This document shows, in pieces, positions 1 to 12,106 of a stretch of DNA of 64,000 nucleotides. The stretch comes from Strigamia acuminata (Eukaryota). Below the pieces are notes generated by a model. That model ran no database searches. It was not told the DNA's origin and saw only the letters and a list, made by a program, of their open reading frames with translations. Positions within the stretch are counted from its first letter, which is position 1; every line of letters begins with the position of its first letter. Location of the stretch: positions 11,532,001-11,596,000 of the forward strand of contig OX442314.1 of NCBI GenBank assembly GCA_949358305.1, given 5' to 3'. A program made the position numbers and the translations under genes.

Positions 1-3000
1 GCCGACCCTGGAAGGTCCACCCCACACCTACCCACCTGCTACTGGCCGTCATGGATTGCTTGTCAATAGCAAGTTGGAGGCCAAATCATGCAGTGGACAC
101 ACCCGAGTTATAATAAAAGAGTGGAAAAAATCACCTGCAGCTGTCACTTGCATTTGCCTTTTTTAATGACGAAGCAAATGAAAAGTGAAAAGGTGGTTTG
201 GACATGTCTAAAAAGGGAATAGAAAAAAATGTTCGCATATTTTTTTATGTCGCGGGTTATGAGCCTCGGTGTCATTCAAACGGGTAATTAGCTGAAATTT
301 AAATTTAAATTTATTTCATGTTTTGACCTTTGCTCGTTTTGTTTATTTCTTCTGCGATTCGAAATGACGAGTGATGAAAATGAGATTTCTTTTTTTTTCT
401 TTCTTCTTTTAAATGACTGCATTATTATGATTATTATTACTTTTTTTTTTTAATTTATTTTTAGGTGTAAGAATGATGCAACCCCTAGTGAGTCAGCGTG
501 GAATAAAAATCAGTGTGTGGTCAGCCAACAAATTCAAGCCTCGGGCTGGTTCACATACGTAACCCATGAAAAGTTGTTTAATCTTTCATTTTTATTTTAA
601 AAAAAAAAATAATAATAAAAAAAAAAAAACTTGTCATTTCCACAAAAAGAATCCGGGACAAACACAATTTTTGACCAAACCCACAAGTGGAATTCAAACC
701 TATTTGTTATCACGTTAAAACCAACTTTTAATTTATTAGGTCCCTCAAACTCAAGGTTAAAAAACGTTAATTAAAGAAAAAAATAATCCTTTAGTAAACG
801 AATGGTAATGAGGTCAAGTTTTGAATGTCCAGTGTCAAAATAAGTGAGCATTTATCAAGCTAAAAACCCGATAAGACTTTGAGAAAAATATATGCAGCGA
901 AGGGTGGAGGCTCAGGGTGAGGACAGAAACGAATTTTAAATGTTTCTTAATCTTGGCGTGTTCGTTCCCCTTCCTCACCTGAATGTTGTAACTATTAGAC
1001 AACAACATGTCGTAATTTCATCATTTACACAGGGCGTGTTGTCGAGTTTGTGATTAAACTTGCAACTTCATTCAAAGTATAAAATGAGCCGCTAATTGCG
1101 AGTACAAAACGAAAAAATCTCCTCGTAAATTTGACTGCGTAATTAAAGCAGATAAACATGTAATGTTGCTTGTCACATCTATCAACGTATAACACAAAAA
1201 AAAATATATTAAAATAAATAAATGCTTTTCTATGTATACTTTTTAAACCATTTATTTAAATTCATACCTATGGGAATGTCACAATATTATTTTAAGCCTA
1301 AAATAATTTTATTTTTTAAAAAGAAAGAGGGAAAAAAAATCTAAGTGGGTGAACATTTCATTCATGATTTTTTTATTTTTTTATTTTATTCGCTTCGCAC
1401 TAATTTTTGAATGAATTATTTGCTGGAATGAAATCGCGCTCAACACATGTTGAATTTAATCAAGCGCGTGTCACACACAAAACGCTCCCGTTTCATTTTG
1501 TGCCAACAAGTTGGTTGGGTCGTCAAATTTTATGGAGGGAGAAATAACATCAGCAATGAAAATTTCAAGAGGAGTTAAAGAGCTTTTTCCTAACAAAAAA
1601 TGCAAATTCGTGTCGCAAAACGTAAAAACTCAAAAAATTCAGAACAAATTCCTTTTCAAAATCACATTTCATTTATAAAACGCTTTTTTTGAGTAAATAA
1701 ATTTTGAAAAAAAAAATTAAAAAAAAAAAATAATTGACCAAGCGCTTCCTTGCAACGGATAATTCACACATTTAAATTACCGTGTATGTTTTTTCCCACC
1801 ACAAATAATCACTGTAATTAGTCTGAGGGTGAGCACAATTAGGCTTACACAACCTAGCTGCCTCTTGCACCTTTTTCTTTCACTCTTGATCGGTCCAACG
1901 AACTCAAACCCATTAACCAAAAATAAAAATCCAAAAAGCAAACAAATCCTCAAAAAACACAACAACAACAAAAAAAAATTATCAGTTTAAAAAAAAAAAA
2001 AAAAATTCTAAAATCAACTTAATCATTTCAACACTCGGTAAAATTCTAGGGTCAACGAACATTTTTTTATTGCATTTCTCCGTTGTAATTCGCACAATGG
2101 ATTTCGTCCGTTAAAACATCTGTTTTCATCAACACGGGGTCAAACTAACAACCTGTACGATAACCAATCGTCACATACGAAAAAGTATATCTGACAAAAT
2201 GTCAAAACGCACCTGCCAAAACAAACTGTCCAGAGTGTTTCAGGTGCGTGGGAAGTAAGCGGCCTCTGTACCCCGACCTCAATCGACTATTTACCGAGCG
2301 TATCATTCATTGGGCGGTAAACTTTGACCACCTTTAGGTGGAATCGCATACCACACCTGGTGATAAAGCACCTGGACGGGGGCGACCAAAAGGGGATCAC
2401 AAAATATTGAGCAACAACCAGGGCGGAGTCCACACAATATCATATATACTCGCAATAAAAAAAATATAAAAAAAAATAATAATAATAACAATAAAATAAT
2501 ATAAAAATTCCCAAACCCCACCCCTTAAAATAAAACCAAAAAATAAAAATAAAAAAATGCAAACTCATTAAGTGTCCACTCCAGGTGTTTTATAGGAAAA
2601 TGTTAACGAGCAAAAGACGGGTCGGGAGGGGGCGCAAATCCTCTCTTCTTCTTATCGCCGAAATTCCTCGGTGACCAGAGGCAGGAAGTCTTAAAGCCAT
2701 TTGCAAGTCGAGTTCTCAAAGGGTTATCCCTTGGCAAACGCGATAACGGCAGGAAAGAGCAAAAGGGGTCCTTGACCAGCCAGCCAGCAACCACTCCAGT
2801 TGCAAAATGGAATGGGCTCCGTCTCCTCACAAGTGACCCTCTTTACTCCGCACGTCCCTGCATTATGCCAATGGCCGGCGACTTCACACTAATGAGGGGG
2901 TCACGTGTTTCTTTCCCTATGGGCAAGCCAAAGCTTTCTTATTGATTGTAATCCGTTTGGTCCAGAGAAATAGTGCAGTGCAGCGCGCGATCGCCTTCTC

Positions 3001-6000
3001 CATGGCCACATTAAGGCGGCAACGCATAAGGGGTTTCTCCAAATCACCAACTTTCATCCCCCCTTAATGTGCGAATGTGGGAATTGTGTAATCCTTACGA
3101 TAAAAGAGAAGCATTCAGCTTTGGAAAAGGCTTTACGAGTGGTCTTGATGCCTGACCATAGGGCAGACTGTGATTGGAGCGCTCGCCATTGTGACGCCGA
3201 GCATTCCGTGGACACCCTGCCGCTCCTGCCGCTGACGTCAGCCCTTGAGGGTCGGCGAAAAATTCGTTTGAATAAACCGACCACCTGTCTCCGGTCAATT
3301 GGATTTGGCGAATTCAAAATGCAAAATGCAAAATGAAGACGAGAAAGGATAACGAAATAAAAATGCACAAAAACGAGAAAAAAAGGAAAAATAAATAAAT
3401 AAATATACAACGAGAGAAAAAAATCCATCAGCAAGCCTGGAGTGGGAGGTGATCAAGGCTAAAATATGCATTGTCCACCAGCGGAACACAAAATCGATGC
3501 GAAACCCCCTTCGTTGCCCCCGAGACCCGTACGGACGCACGGCCAACCAACGCCTGTGGAGAAACCGCATCCCCACCACCGCCGAGAAGTCACTCAAAAT
3601 GGCAGCTCGAGATTAAAATTTCATGGAGTTAATTTTAAAAAGTTGGATAGCAAAAAAAGAAATATACACCCGACAAAACTCGTTTGAATTCATGAAAAAA
3701 AGAAAAAAAGATCATCCATCTTTGAAAAAGTGGGGCAAAAGACCCCCCTTTTATTGCATTAGAATGAAAATCAATGAGTTTAGTGACCGAATATACTTGT
3801 GCAGTCAAAAAGAAGGCAGACCTCTCTATACGCGAACGAGAAATGGCGGTATGCGAACGAAACGTTTATCATGACACGGCCGAGTTCACTTAATATGTCT
3901 CGCTCGGAGACGAGCAGAAAAGAAATTAATGCACGCTGTCACCTATCGGTAAAACTCATCAGCAACGCATCTCTGTGCCAGGGACCTCCGAGAAAAACCC
4001 AACGTCCACAAACTTAGATAAGGAACACGTCATTCTTGCATATTGGACAAGGCTCAAAGGCCATCCATGAGACATCCAACATTTTTCTTCTCTTTCCGCG
4101 TTTCCGCTTTAAAATAATTTAAACCTAAAAAATTTTATTTTTGCTCGGGAAAATTAAAATTTCTTGTAATGAGTTTTAATAAAATAAAGACGAAAAAAAA
4201 AAGTCATTCTTTGCATTGTTTTTCTCTTTTTTCACTCGTGGTTTTAACCCTTTCACAAGGATATAAGGTCAGGTCGTATTCCTCTCTGCAAATGGAGACT
4301 GTGCCGTATAAATGCGGTAACTCAACACCTGGTGGGCTGACCGTTTGTTGTTTCATAAAGAAAACAATAGTCCACCTTAGTAAAGGCACTGAGTTATGGC
4401 CTCGCCCTGCGAGACTCCTCTTATTACCTGCGAGGTTCATTTTGCCAAACAACTTCATAAAACTTTCGGGGAAAAAATATATTAAAAATTAAAAAAGAAA
4501 TCAAAAATAAATTTTAAACAAAATAAAAATCAATTTTTATTTTCACGCTTTTAACTTCCCGAGCAGGACGATCTACAACGAATAAATTTGTTATTTTACA
4601 CCAACAAAATTTAAAAATTAATTTTTTCTTCGGTTTAAATAAAATAAAATAAAAAAAAAAACCAATAAAGGTAAACTTCCGAATGAAAATTATGACAAAA
4701 ACACGGCAGGACTTTTCATAAATTTCACAGCCCGTCCATTTCCGGTTTTAGTGAAAACAAAGAGAGAACAAAAATACACCAATCCCTCGTTATTCACCGA
4801 AATCCTGCTGCTGTTTATCAAGGGCCCGAGTGGATGACCAGGAAACTAAAACCATTACACAATGTCCTATTCTGTATCCCAGGGTTTGCGAGTGGGTGGC
4901 ATTATTATTCCAAGACACGTGGGGGGGGCCACGAGTCACTTCTGCCGCGACATATGCAAGCGAGAGAAAGAAAGAAAGACCACGAGACAAAAACACGACA
5001 CTTTGTTCGCCCATTCTTTTGTCATCATCAGCAAAATTAGCCGTATTCAATCAATGACTCATTCGATTTATACACTTACAATTTGCATTTATTTAAAAAA
5101 GAAAATCTTGTGTTAATTCTCATCAATTTATTTTGGGTTGTGTTTCCCGACAAATAGAAATTGAGGGGAGGCAAAAAATCATTTTCTATCCCTCACCAGG
5201 GGGCGGAAAATAGACTTCCTGACCCACAAGTGTATTGGCAAATAAACACTTAGACCACACCATCAGTAGTATCACACCCAGAATAAATAGCTACCAATAT
5301 CTGTCACTAAATCAACGACTCATGTCGGTTCCTGAGGGGTGGGGGAGACGGAGAAGTTAAAAAATCACAACAAGGTGCAAAAGTTTGTCATTACGAATGT
5401 TTAACTGATTAAAAAATAAATACTCTGTTTCCTCTTATTCTGCGTGGGTTCCCGTTAGACTGCGGGCCTCTAATAAAACTAAAATCTGCAAATAACTTCG
5501 CAGATCTCATTATAATGCGATACTTCGCTAAGTTATAACGCAAAATATAAATTATATAAAGAGGCAATAAATGTTGTTAATGGGAAATTTAATAAAATTT
5601 AATTTATTTTATTCGAAAATTTAGCAAAATTTGAATTTTTTTAGAAAAAAATTTGAGGGAAATTTGAATTCGTGACGAAAATAAAAAATTGATTTTTTTT
5701 GTTGATAGTGCGCGGGTGCACAATTAAAAACATCGATTTTTTGAACATTTTTTTCGAATCAAATTTTTATAATGAGTATAAAAAAAATAATTGGGTAGAA
5801 ATTTCATCGGATAGAAAATCAACTGTCAGTTGCAAGGCGTGTTGTATGCTGTCATAATGCACAGATGCGTTGATTAAGCAAGGGGGATCGATATATAATC
5901 AATGAAGAGGCGAAATGCAAAACAGAGAAACCTCTGGACACAATGGAGAAAGGGGTCGAAAGGGCGGAGAAGCAGAGACACACACACAGAGGGGAGTTCT

Positions 6001-6080
6001 GCCCACGCAGCCATGTTGTGTCTTAATGGATCGTCCAGCCAATTTTCAATGACATGTTTATGTATCGTTTAAAAAACAAA

Positions 6081-6109
6081 AAATAAATAAATAAATAAAT
6101 AAATACCGG

Positions 6110-6144
<35 letters not shown>

Positions 6145-6145
6145 A
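6081..6145. repeat. (TAAA)n microsatellite, interrupted once by CCGG
   Basis: Tandem TAAA units are directly visible. Confidence 0.9.
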
Positions 6146-7658
6146 CAATAAAAAAAATGTCGATTTCTTGATGGTGTGTCCGTTTAAGATATGCGTGCCA
6201 ACCTCTCATCATCTTATTCTGCAATAACTACGTAATAGGGAAGCAATAAAAACAAAAATACGGACGAGACAACTGAAATAATAAATATAAAAAAATGTAT
6301 GTCCACCTGTCCAACGACTTTTTTTCCTTCACAAAATGACATTATCAAGCCACACCTGCTTGACCTAGAAGGAAGAAATAGATAAGAGACAGAAGCACTA
6401 ATGACAAAGCATTAAACACTCCCTCTGTGGTCACATTTCAAAAAAAAAAAATAAAAAAAAAAAATAAAAAAATCCATTTTTTATTTTTTTAAATAATCCA
6501 AGTCGATAAAGCTGTGCAAAATGCTTCTCCCAACGCCAATAAACGCACAGCACAAATCACGACACGAAAATCAATGCCCACCAAACCATCCAGCAAAAGT
6601 AAACACCGAAAAGGCGAAAAATCGTCCCGAAAACAACACATGAATGAAATTTGTAGCGAGGTGACAACCCAAAGGGAGCACACGTGGGGTTCACGAGCGT
6701 ACCTCACGCCATTCGAATGTCATTAAGTCTCATCACCCCATCCCCACCACCTTTTCTCTTTACTTTCCTCCCCCCTTTACACATGGGTCGATGAGGGTTT
6801 CATACCCTGGTGCTCTTTGTTTTGCCGATTTTTTTTCCTTTCCGAGCTAAAAGGGGGCAGGGAGGAGGGGGTTATTGTAAAAGAGAGGGTGGTGGACGTT
6901 TTGTGACGTGGCCAGCTCGCCATTGTGCGATGGTTAGCACCTCCTTTCTTACAGGGGGTAATGTCACTGGACATTTTTACCCCCGGCCCGTTTTGTGTGG
7001 AGATGGAGAGCAGCGGCCCGATTACCGCGCGGACTACAAAACGCACTCTCGGTCCACGACGTTAACCCTTTGCCACCCTCCGAATGGCAGCTGCGATTGC
7101 GCGAAGAGCAACAAAGAGCGGACCCTTAGCATTCATTGGCTTTTCAAACACGGCGTTTAAGATGAGTAATTGGATTGAAGCATTTTAATTGAATCGAATC
7201 AGAAAATCGCCTTCAACTGATCCTTTGACCCGAGGATCACATTTTCCTTATTCGATTACGGTGGCCAGAAATACGTCATCTTGGAAATTAAACGAAAGAG
7301 AAGGAAGGAAAAAAGGATAAAGCGAGGAGAGCAAGTGTTTGGGAAATTAATTTGACATTTAGCTTTTAATTTAATTCCTCGGCTGACATATTCATTACTT
7401 GTTCTTCGGTTTAATTTTAAAAGTTGTTTCTCTCTTAGGACCCATTAACGAGTCACCTTCTTCTTGATTTATGTCGCTTCATTCCCTCGACGTTTTCAGT
7501 AAACCCCAAAAACATCGGGAAATACACGGAATATATATATTTGTATTTATTTTAAACTTTTATTTGTCTACTTTCCCACATGGCTCGAAAATATGTCTAA
7601 CGATATACATGTATGTATTTATTTGTAACGGCGACCCATCTATGGATCTAACGATATA

Positions 7659-7796
7659 CAGTCGAAACTCTTTATAACGAATTGCATTAAAGGACTTGAA
7701 AAATCGATTCGTTATATCGAAATTTTTTAACATGGTGTTCTATGGCCAGCCAACTAAACCAGTCATTTTTGTATTTGTTGTATCGATAATTCGTTA
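7659..7796 (-). mobile_element. Truncated pogo/Tigger-like MITE, same family as 9881-10064 in opposite orientation
   Basis: Begins TA|CAGTCGAAACTCTTTATAACGAA. The internal sequence (AACATGGTGTTCTATGGCCAGCCAACTAAACC) is the reverse complement of the middle of the 9881 copy. The second terminal inverted repeat (TIR) is missing. Confidence 0.8.
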
Positions 7797-7826
7797 ACCT
7801 AACCTAGAATAAAAATACTCGTGTTT

Positions 7827-7944
7827 TAACAATTTTAGTTTAAGTGTATTTTAAGTTTTAACATGGTTTTAAACAGGAAACGATGTCATTTTTGTTTTAA
7901 AATTGAAGCAAAACACAAAATATTTTAGTTTTTGACTGCAGCTA
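7827..7944. repeat. Dispersed AT-rich repeat, inverted copy at 24486-24603; probably a transposon fragment
   Basis: TAACAATTTTAGTTTAAGTGTATTTTAAGTTTTAACATGGTTTTAAA...CACAAAATATTTTAGTTTTTGA matches the reverse complement of 24486-24603 with few mismatches. Confidence 0.85.
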
Positions 7945-9880
7945 TAGCAATATAATTTCAATGTATTAATTTTTTATTAATATTTTCGACATTTTATTTT
8001 TTTAAATTAAAAAAAGAAAATTCTCGCTAGTTGTTGTGATGATAGAAACGAGGATATAGATGGAGTTGATGCGAACGTTTAAAGAGTGCGGATCATAAAA
8101 AGCGTTCAAAACGAGTCGAGGGGGGGCGGGGGGGTTGCTGCGAGTAGAACCACGAACGAAAGAGCGAGAGCCCATTCCAAGATCACTCATTCCGTCTCCA
8201 CTTAATAAGATTAGTACTAATTAAAACTTGACCCACTCACCCACCCAGAATTAACGCCGTTAGAAAACACACTCCTTATTATACATTTCCAAAAAATTAT
8301 ACGCATTTCCACAACATCATCGGGTTCCAAAGGGTTAAAGATCACAACACAACAACTCCTTTCCAAATAAAACCAAAAAAAAAAAATCCTCTCATTAAAA
8401 CGAAATCACAATAAATATAAAAATCGACATCAATATCCCCAACCAAGCAAAAACTCTCCACATTTACAATTCCCCATAAAACAACACGAGTCATCACCCA
8501 AAAAAAAAAAAAAAAAAAAAAAAAACCAAAACTTCACCTTAATGACACGTGCGTGCACTGAAATAATAATAATGCACTTTTTTTACCTATATAACAACAC
8601 ACAGTCCGATAGATTTGCAAATATATAACCACATGACGACTTTTCCCTTTCAACGCATAATTTAAATAAACATCAACTTCCTTATGCCATTGATATTATT
8701 AAAAAAAACAACAACCACACTTTAATTCCATTTTTTTAACTTGGCAAAGAGGCGTTCCCTCACCTGGCACCACAAAGATTCATGTCGAAAAAGTGAAAAA
8801 AAAATCGACCAAATCCAATTGACACACAAGTAACCGAGCGCACTGCTGCTGGATACGTATATATCGAGTCCACGGCAACGCAAATGGGGCTCTCATATCG
8901 AAACGGCCAATTAACGAGCTACAATCCAGTTTGGCACGCAACCCAACTGGCTAACTAACGAACAGGATGGCGTAATAGTGGACTTGTAGTGCACACGAAA
9001 TAACGACCCGCGCACACAACACACACACACAAAAAAAAACCAAATGACCTCCCACTCTTTTATCGAACTGCACGCAACTTTGATGGACGCAGATTTAGCA
9101 TTTTGATTGCCCGCGCGATTTTTTTTGCCTGCCAGACCTCTATCTCTAATTCATCGTACAACTGTATTATGCGGTCGGAATTATGATTCATTTATTGTAA
9201 AATAAAATAAAATCGAAAAAACCAGACGAAAAAAAAAACACAAAATCGACATCCCCGACGTGTCTAAATCGAAAAGATGGATAGCCCCGTCCACCACTAC
9301 AGTAAAAGATGCAAAATTCATCCTCATTTGACTTCAAAATGCAATGCTGGAAAGCCCGAAACAACATGGTGCATTAGAAGAGGCGTCCGCTGTGGGGGGA
9401 AAGGGGATCGCGAGGTTGGGGGGTGCAAAGGGGAACCAACAGCCAAGGTATAGCTGGGTTCACCCGATTTTCAATGGTCGACGCACAAGGGGTGCCCTAG
9501 TCACGAGCGAGTTAAAGAGTAAAAAAATAAATGGACAAAAAGTCGGAGGGGGAAAAGGGTGGTTTTGGACGCCATCTGTCTTTTGCCACGCCACAAGAGA
9601 TGAGCATTAGCTCTGTCCACACAGATGGCTATTAGAGTTTGATGGAGAAACACTGACAGCTGTCCAGTGGGTGATGACCACTGCAGAGATGATCTAATGA
9701 GGGCCCATTAATTGAATGAATATTCGATAAGGTAAATAAATGGAATGTGGGAAAATGGGTTTGCGTTTTGTTCCTGTGGGTCAACGTTTTTCTTTCCTGA
9801 TGGCTAATAATGGAGGTGTCATCACTAGATAGGCCGCAATTAATGGACGCAATCGAGTGTGGTTGGACTATTTCTCAATA

Positions 9881-10064
9881 CAGTCGAAAATCTTTATAAC
9901 GAATCGCGATATAACGAATTATCGATATAACGAATACCTAAAAATGGCCGGTTTGGTTGGCTGGCCATAAAACACCATGTTAAAAATTTTCGATATAACG
10001 AATTCTCGTTATAATGAATCAATTTTTCGGGTCCCTTGCGATTCGTTATAAAGAGTTTCGACTA
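9881..10064 (+). mobile_element. pogo/Tigger-like MITE (about 184 bp)
   Basis: TIRs CAGTCGAAAATCTTTATAACGAATCGC ... GCGATTCGTTATAAAGAGTTTCGACTA. A TA precedes the left end, and ATAACGAA motifs repeat internally. CAGT ends with a TA target are typical of the pogo/Tigger group. The right terminal base and TA are degenerate. Confidence 0.85.
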
Positions 10065-10727
10065 TCATTTTTCATTCAATTGAGATTTTCCATTTTTTTT
10101 CGATCTTTTTATAATTTTTTTCGATTATTTTGGTACTTTTATTGTCGTTTTTTCACGAATATATTTTGGATATTTTTTCAGTGACCCTCGAATTACGATG
10201 TGACCATCCGAGTGACCGACACATGAAATAGAGTTATGTTTCCTCATTACAAACGCGAGGAAATATGGTGAGGCCTGATTTCACCTTCCTGTCCATGTAT
10301 GGGTGGGATAACGAGTTTATAACAACTATTATAATACTATTTAGGTGTATGGCATAAAAAGTGACAATAAAATATCATTGTTTTAAAAATAAATCAAAAT
10401 TTTGAATATTTCAAAGAGAAAATTTAGTTATTCAAAAAAAAAACTTACGAATAAAAAAAAAAAATTTAAAAAAAAAATATATAAAATAAAATAAAGTACA
10501 AGAAAGTGGACCAATTTCCATTTTCACTCCATTTGCTGAGTCCACTCTTTTCAAAAAGATATTTTGTCCCTCTTCTTACAAGCTTATTTGACATATTTTT
10601 TTTATATTTTATTTTTTTTATCTAACTTCAAATCAAAAGTTATAAATTCTCATTTTTTCCCTTCCCCTTGAAAACTACAACTCACTTCGAAAACTAGAAC
10701 AACCGCAAAACAAATAATTTAATAAAC

Positions 10728-10730
10728 AAA

Positions 10731-10789
<59 letters not shown>

Positions 10790-10791
10790 AT
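10728..10791. repeat. (AAAT)n microsatellite
   Basis: About 16 perfect tetranucleotide units. Confidence 0.95.
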
Positions 10792-11678
10792 ATTCCTGCT
10801 TCCCCAATAAACACCTTTAAATAAAAATTTTAAAAAAAATTTAAAAAAAAATTTTAAAAAAATTTAAAAAAAATGTTGGTAATTTAAGAGTGGTATGTGG
10901 AGTTGCTTTTGTGTGTAGCCACATAGAATTAGAGCGAGAATGCAACAACGTCGACAGAAAATAAATGATGACTGGGCCGGGTAAGCGGCGGGGGTCACAC
11001 TTCTCGTAGTCGAACCACCACCCCACCTTCCCCTCGGGCAATTTGAGAGAAAATTACTCGTAGGGACTCATTTCACCCTGGCCACCGAGAGAAATGACAA
11101 AAATGAAGCGACACTGGAATGCAATGAGATGGACTTGCCTCAAGGCCCTTCATGACCATTCTGCTGCCCTCTCTTCCTCATATCGCTTTAAATTGTATTC
11201 ATTTTTTTCTCCCCTTTTGGCTTAGATTAAATTAACTCGCTTTTTCTAATTCCAAATGTCTGCAAACACAATGAAAAATCTCAACTTGAAATTACTTTTC
11301 AACTCGAATTGCTACAAATTTAAATTCGCAAAATCATGCAAAAATACTGAAATAAACTGTGTTTTACTCGCGTTGATTTCAGCTAGTGAAAAAAAATCTT
11401 TCATTGATCGAAAATGACTCAAATCATTAGCAAAAATGGCGACTGCGAGCGAAGTAAGCTTAGAAATAATGAATTCAAATGAAAACACAAAAATTTATTA
11501 AATAATTTAATTTTTTATTTCCACTTTAATGTGAAAGTTTAATAAAATGATGACGAAATGTTATACTATTATTGGCGCAGATTAATCGTTAACTCGAGTT
11601 ATCTGAAACCAAACAAATAAAACAAAAACCACAAAAATTAATAATAATAATAAAAAAAAATATTTAAGACGATGAGAC

Positions 11679-12007
11679 TGTGAAAACTGGCGTTGTTAGA
11701 AGTAACAAGGTCGCACGAGTTCGAGGGAAAGAGCACGGCGCAGCACAGAGAAGCCAACCTGCAGGAGGTGTTTTTGAGTGATATTGGATGACGCGTGACC
11801 GGAAGTGCTGTAAAAGTGTCATAAATTATCTTGTTTCACCCTTTGTTCCCCTGAATTTGTACTTGTGACCCCCAGAAATTACAATAAACTTGTTCTTAAC
11901 CCAAAAAAGACATGCTTTATTTCGAGAATTCATAAAAGTTAGAAAAGTAGTAAATTTACACAGTTTTAGTCAAAATTAGTTACAAATTGACTTTGCGAAT
12001 CTTCAAA
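11679..12007 (+). repeat. 5' LTR (329 bp)
   Basis: TGTGAAAACT...GAATCTTCAAA, identical by eye to 17301-17629. AATAAA at 11883-11888. Confidence 0.97.
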
Positions 12008-12025
12008 TGGTGCCGAAACCCGGGA
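12008..12025 (+). other. Primer-binding site complementary to the tRNA-Phe 3' end
   Basis: TGGTGCCGAAACCCGGGA is the reverse complement of TCCCGGGTTTCGGCACCA, the 3' 18 nt of animal cytosolic tRNA-Phe(GAA) including CCA. It directly follows the 5' LTR. Confidence 0.92.
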
Positions 12026-12106
12026 AAATCAGTGAATCCGGACAGAAATAAGTAGAAAACAGCATCGTAAAGCCGACCACGCCGAATTTTGACCGAAAAT
12101 TTCAAA

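Noticed and set aside
12089..12106. ORF-track start at TTG 12089
   Set aside because: Eukaryotic context; the ATG at 12107 has a good initiation context.
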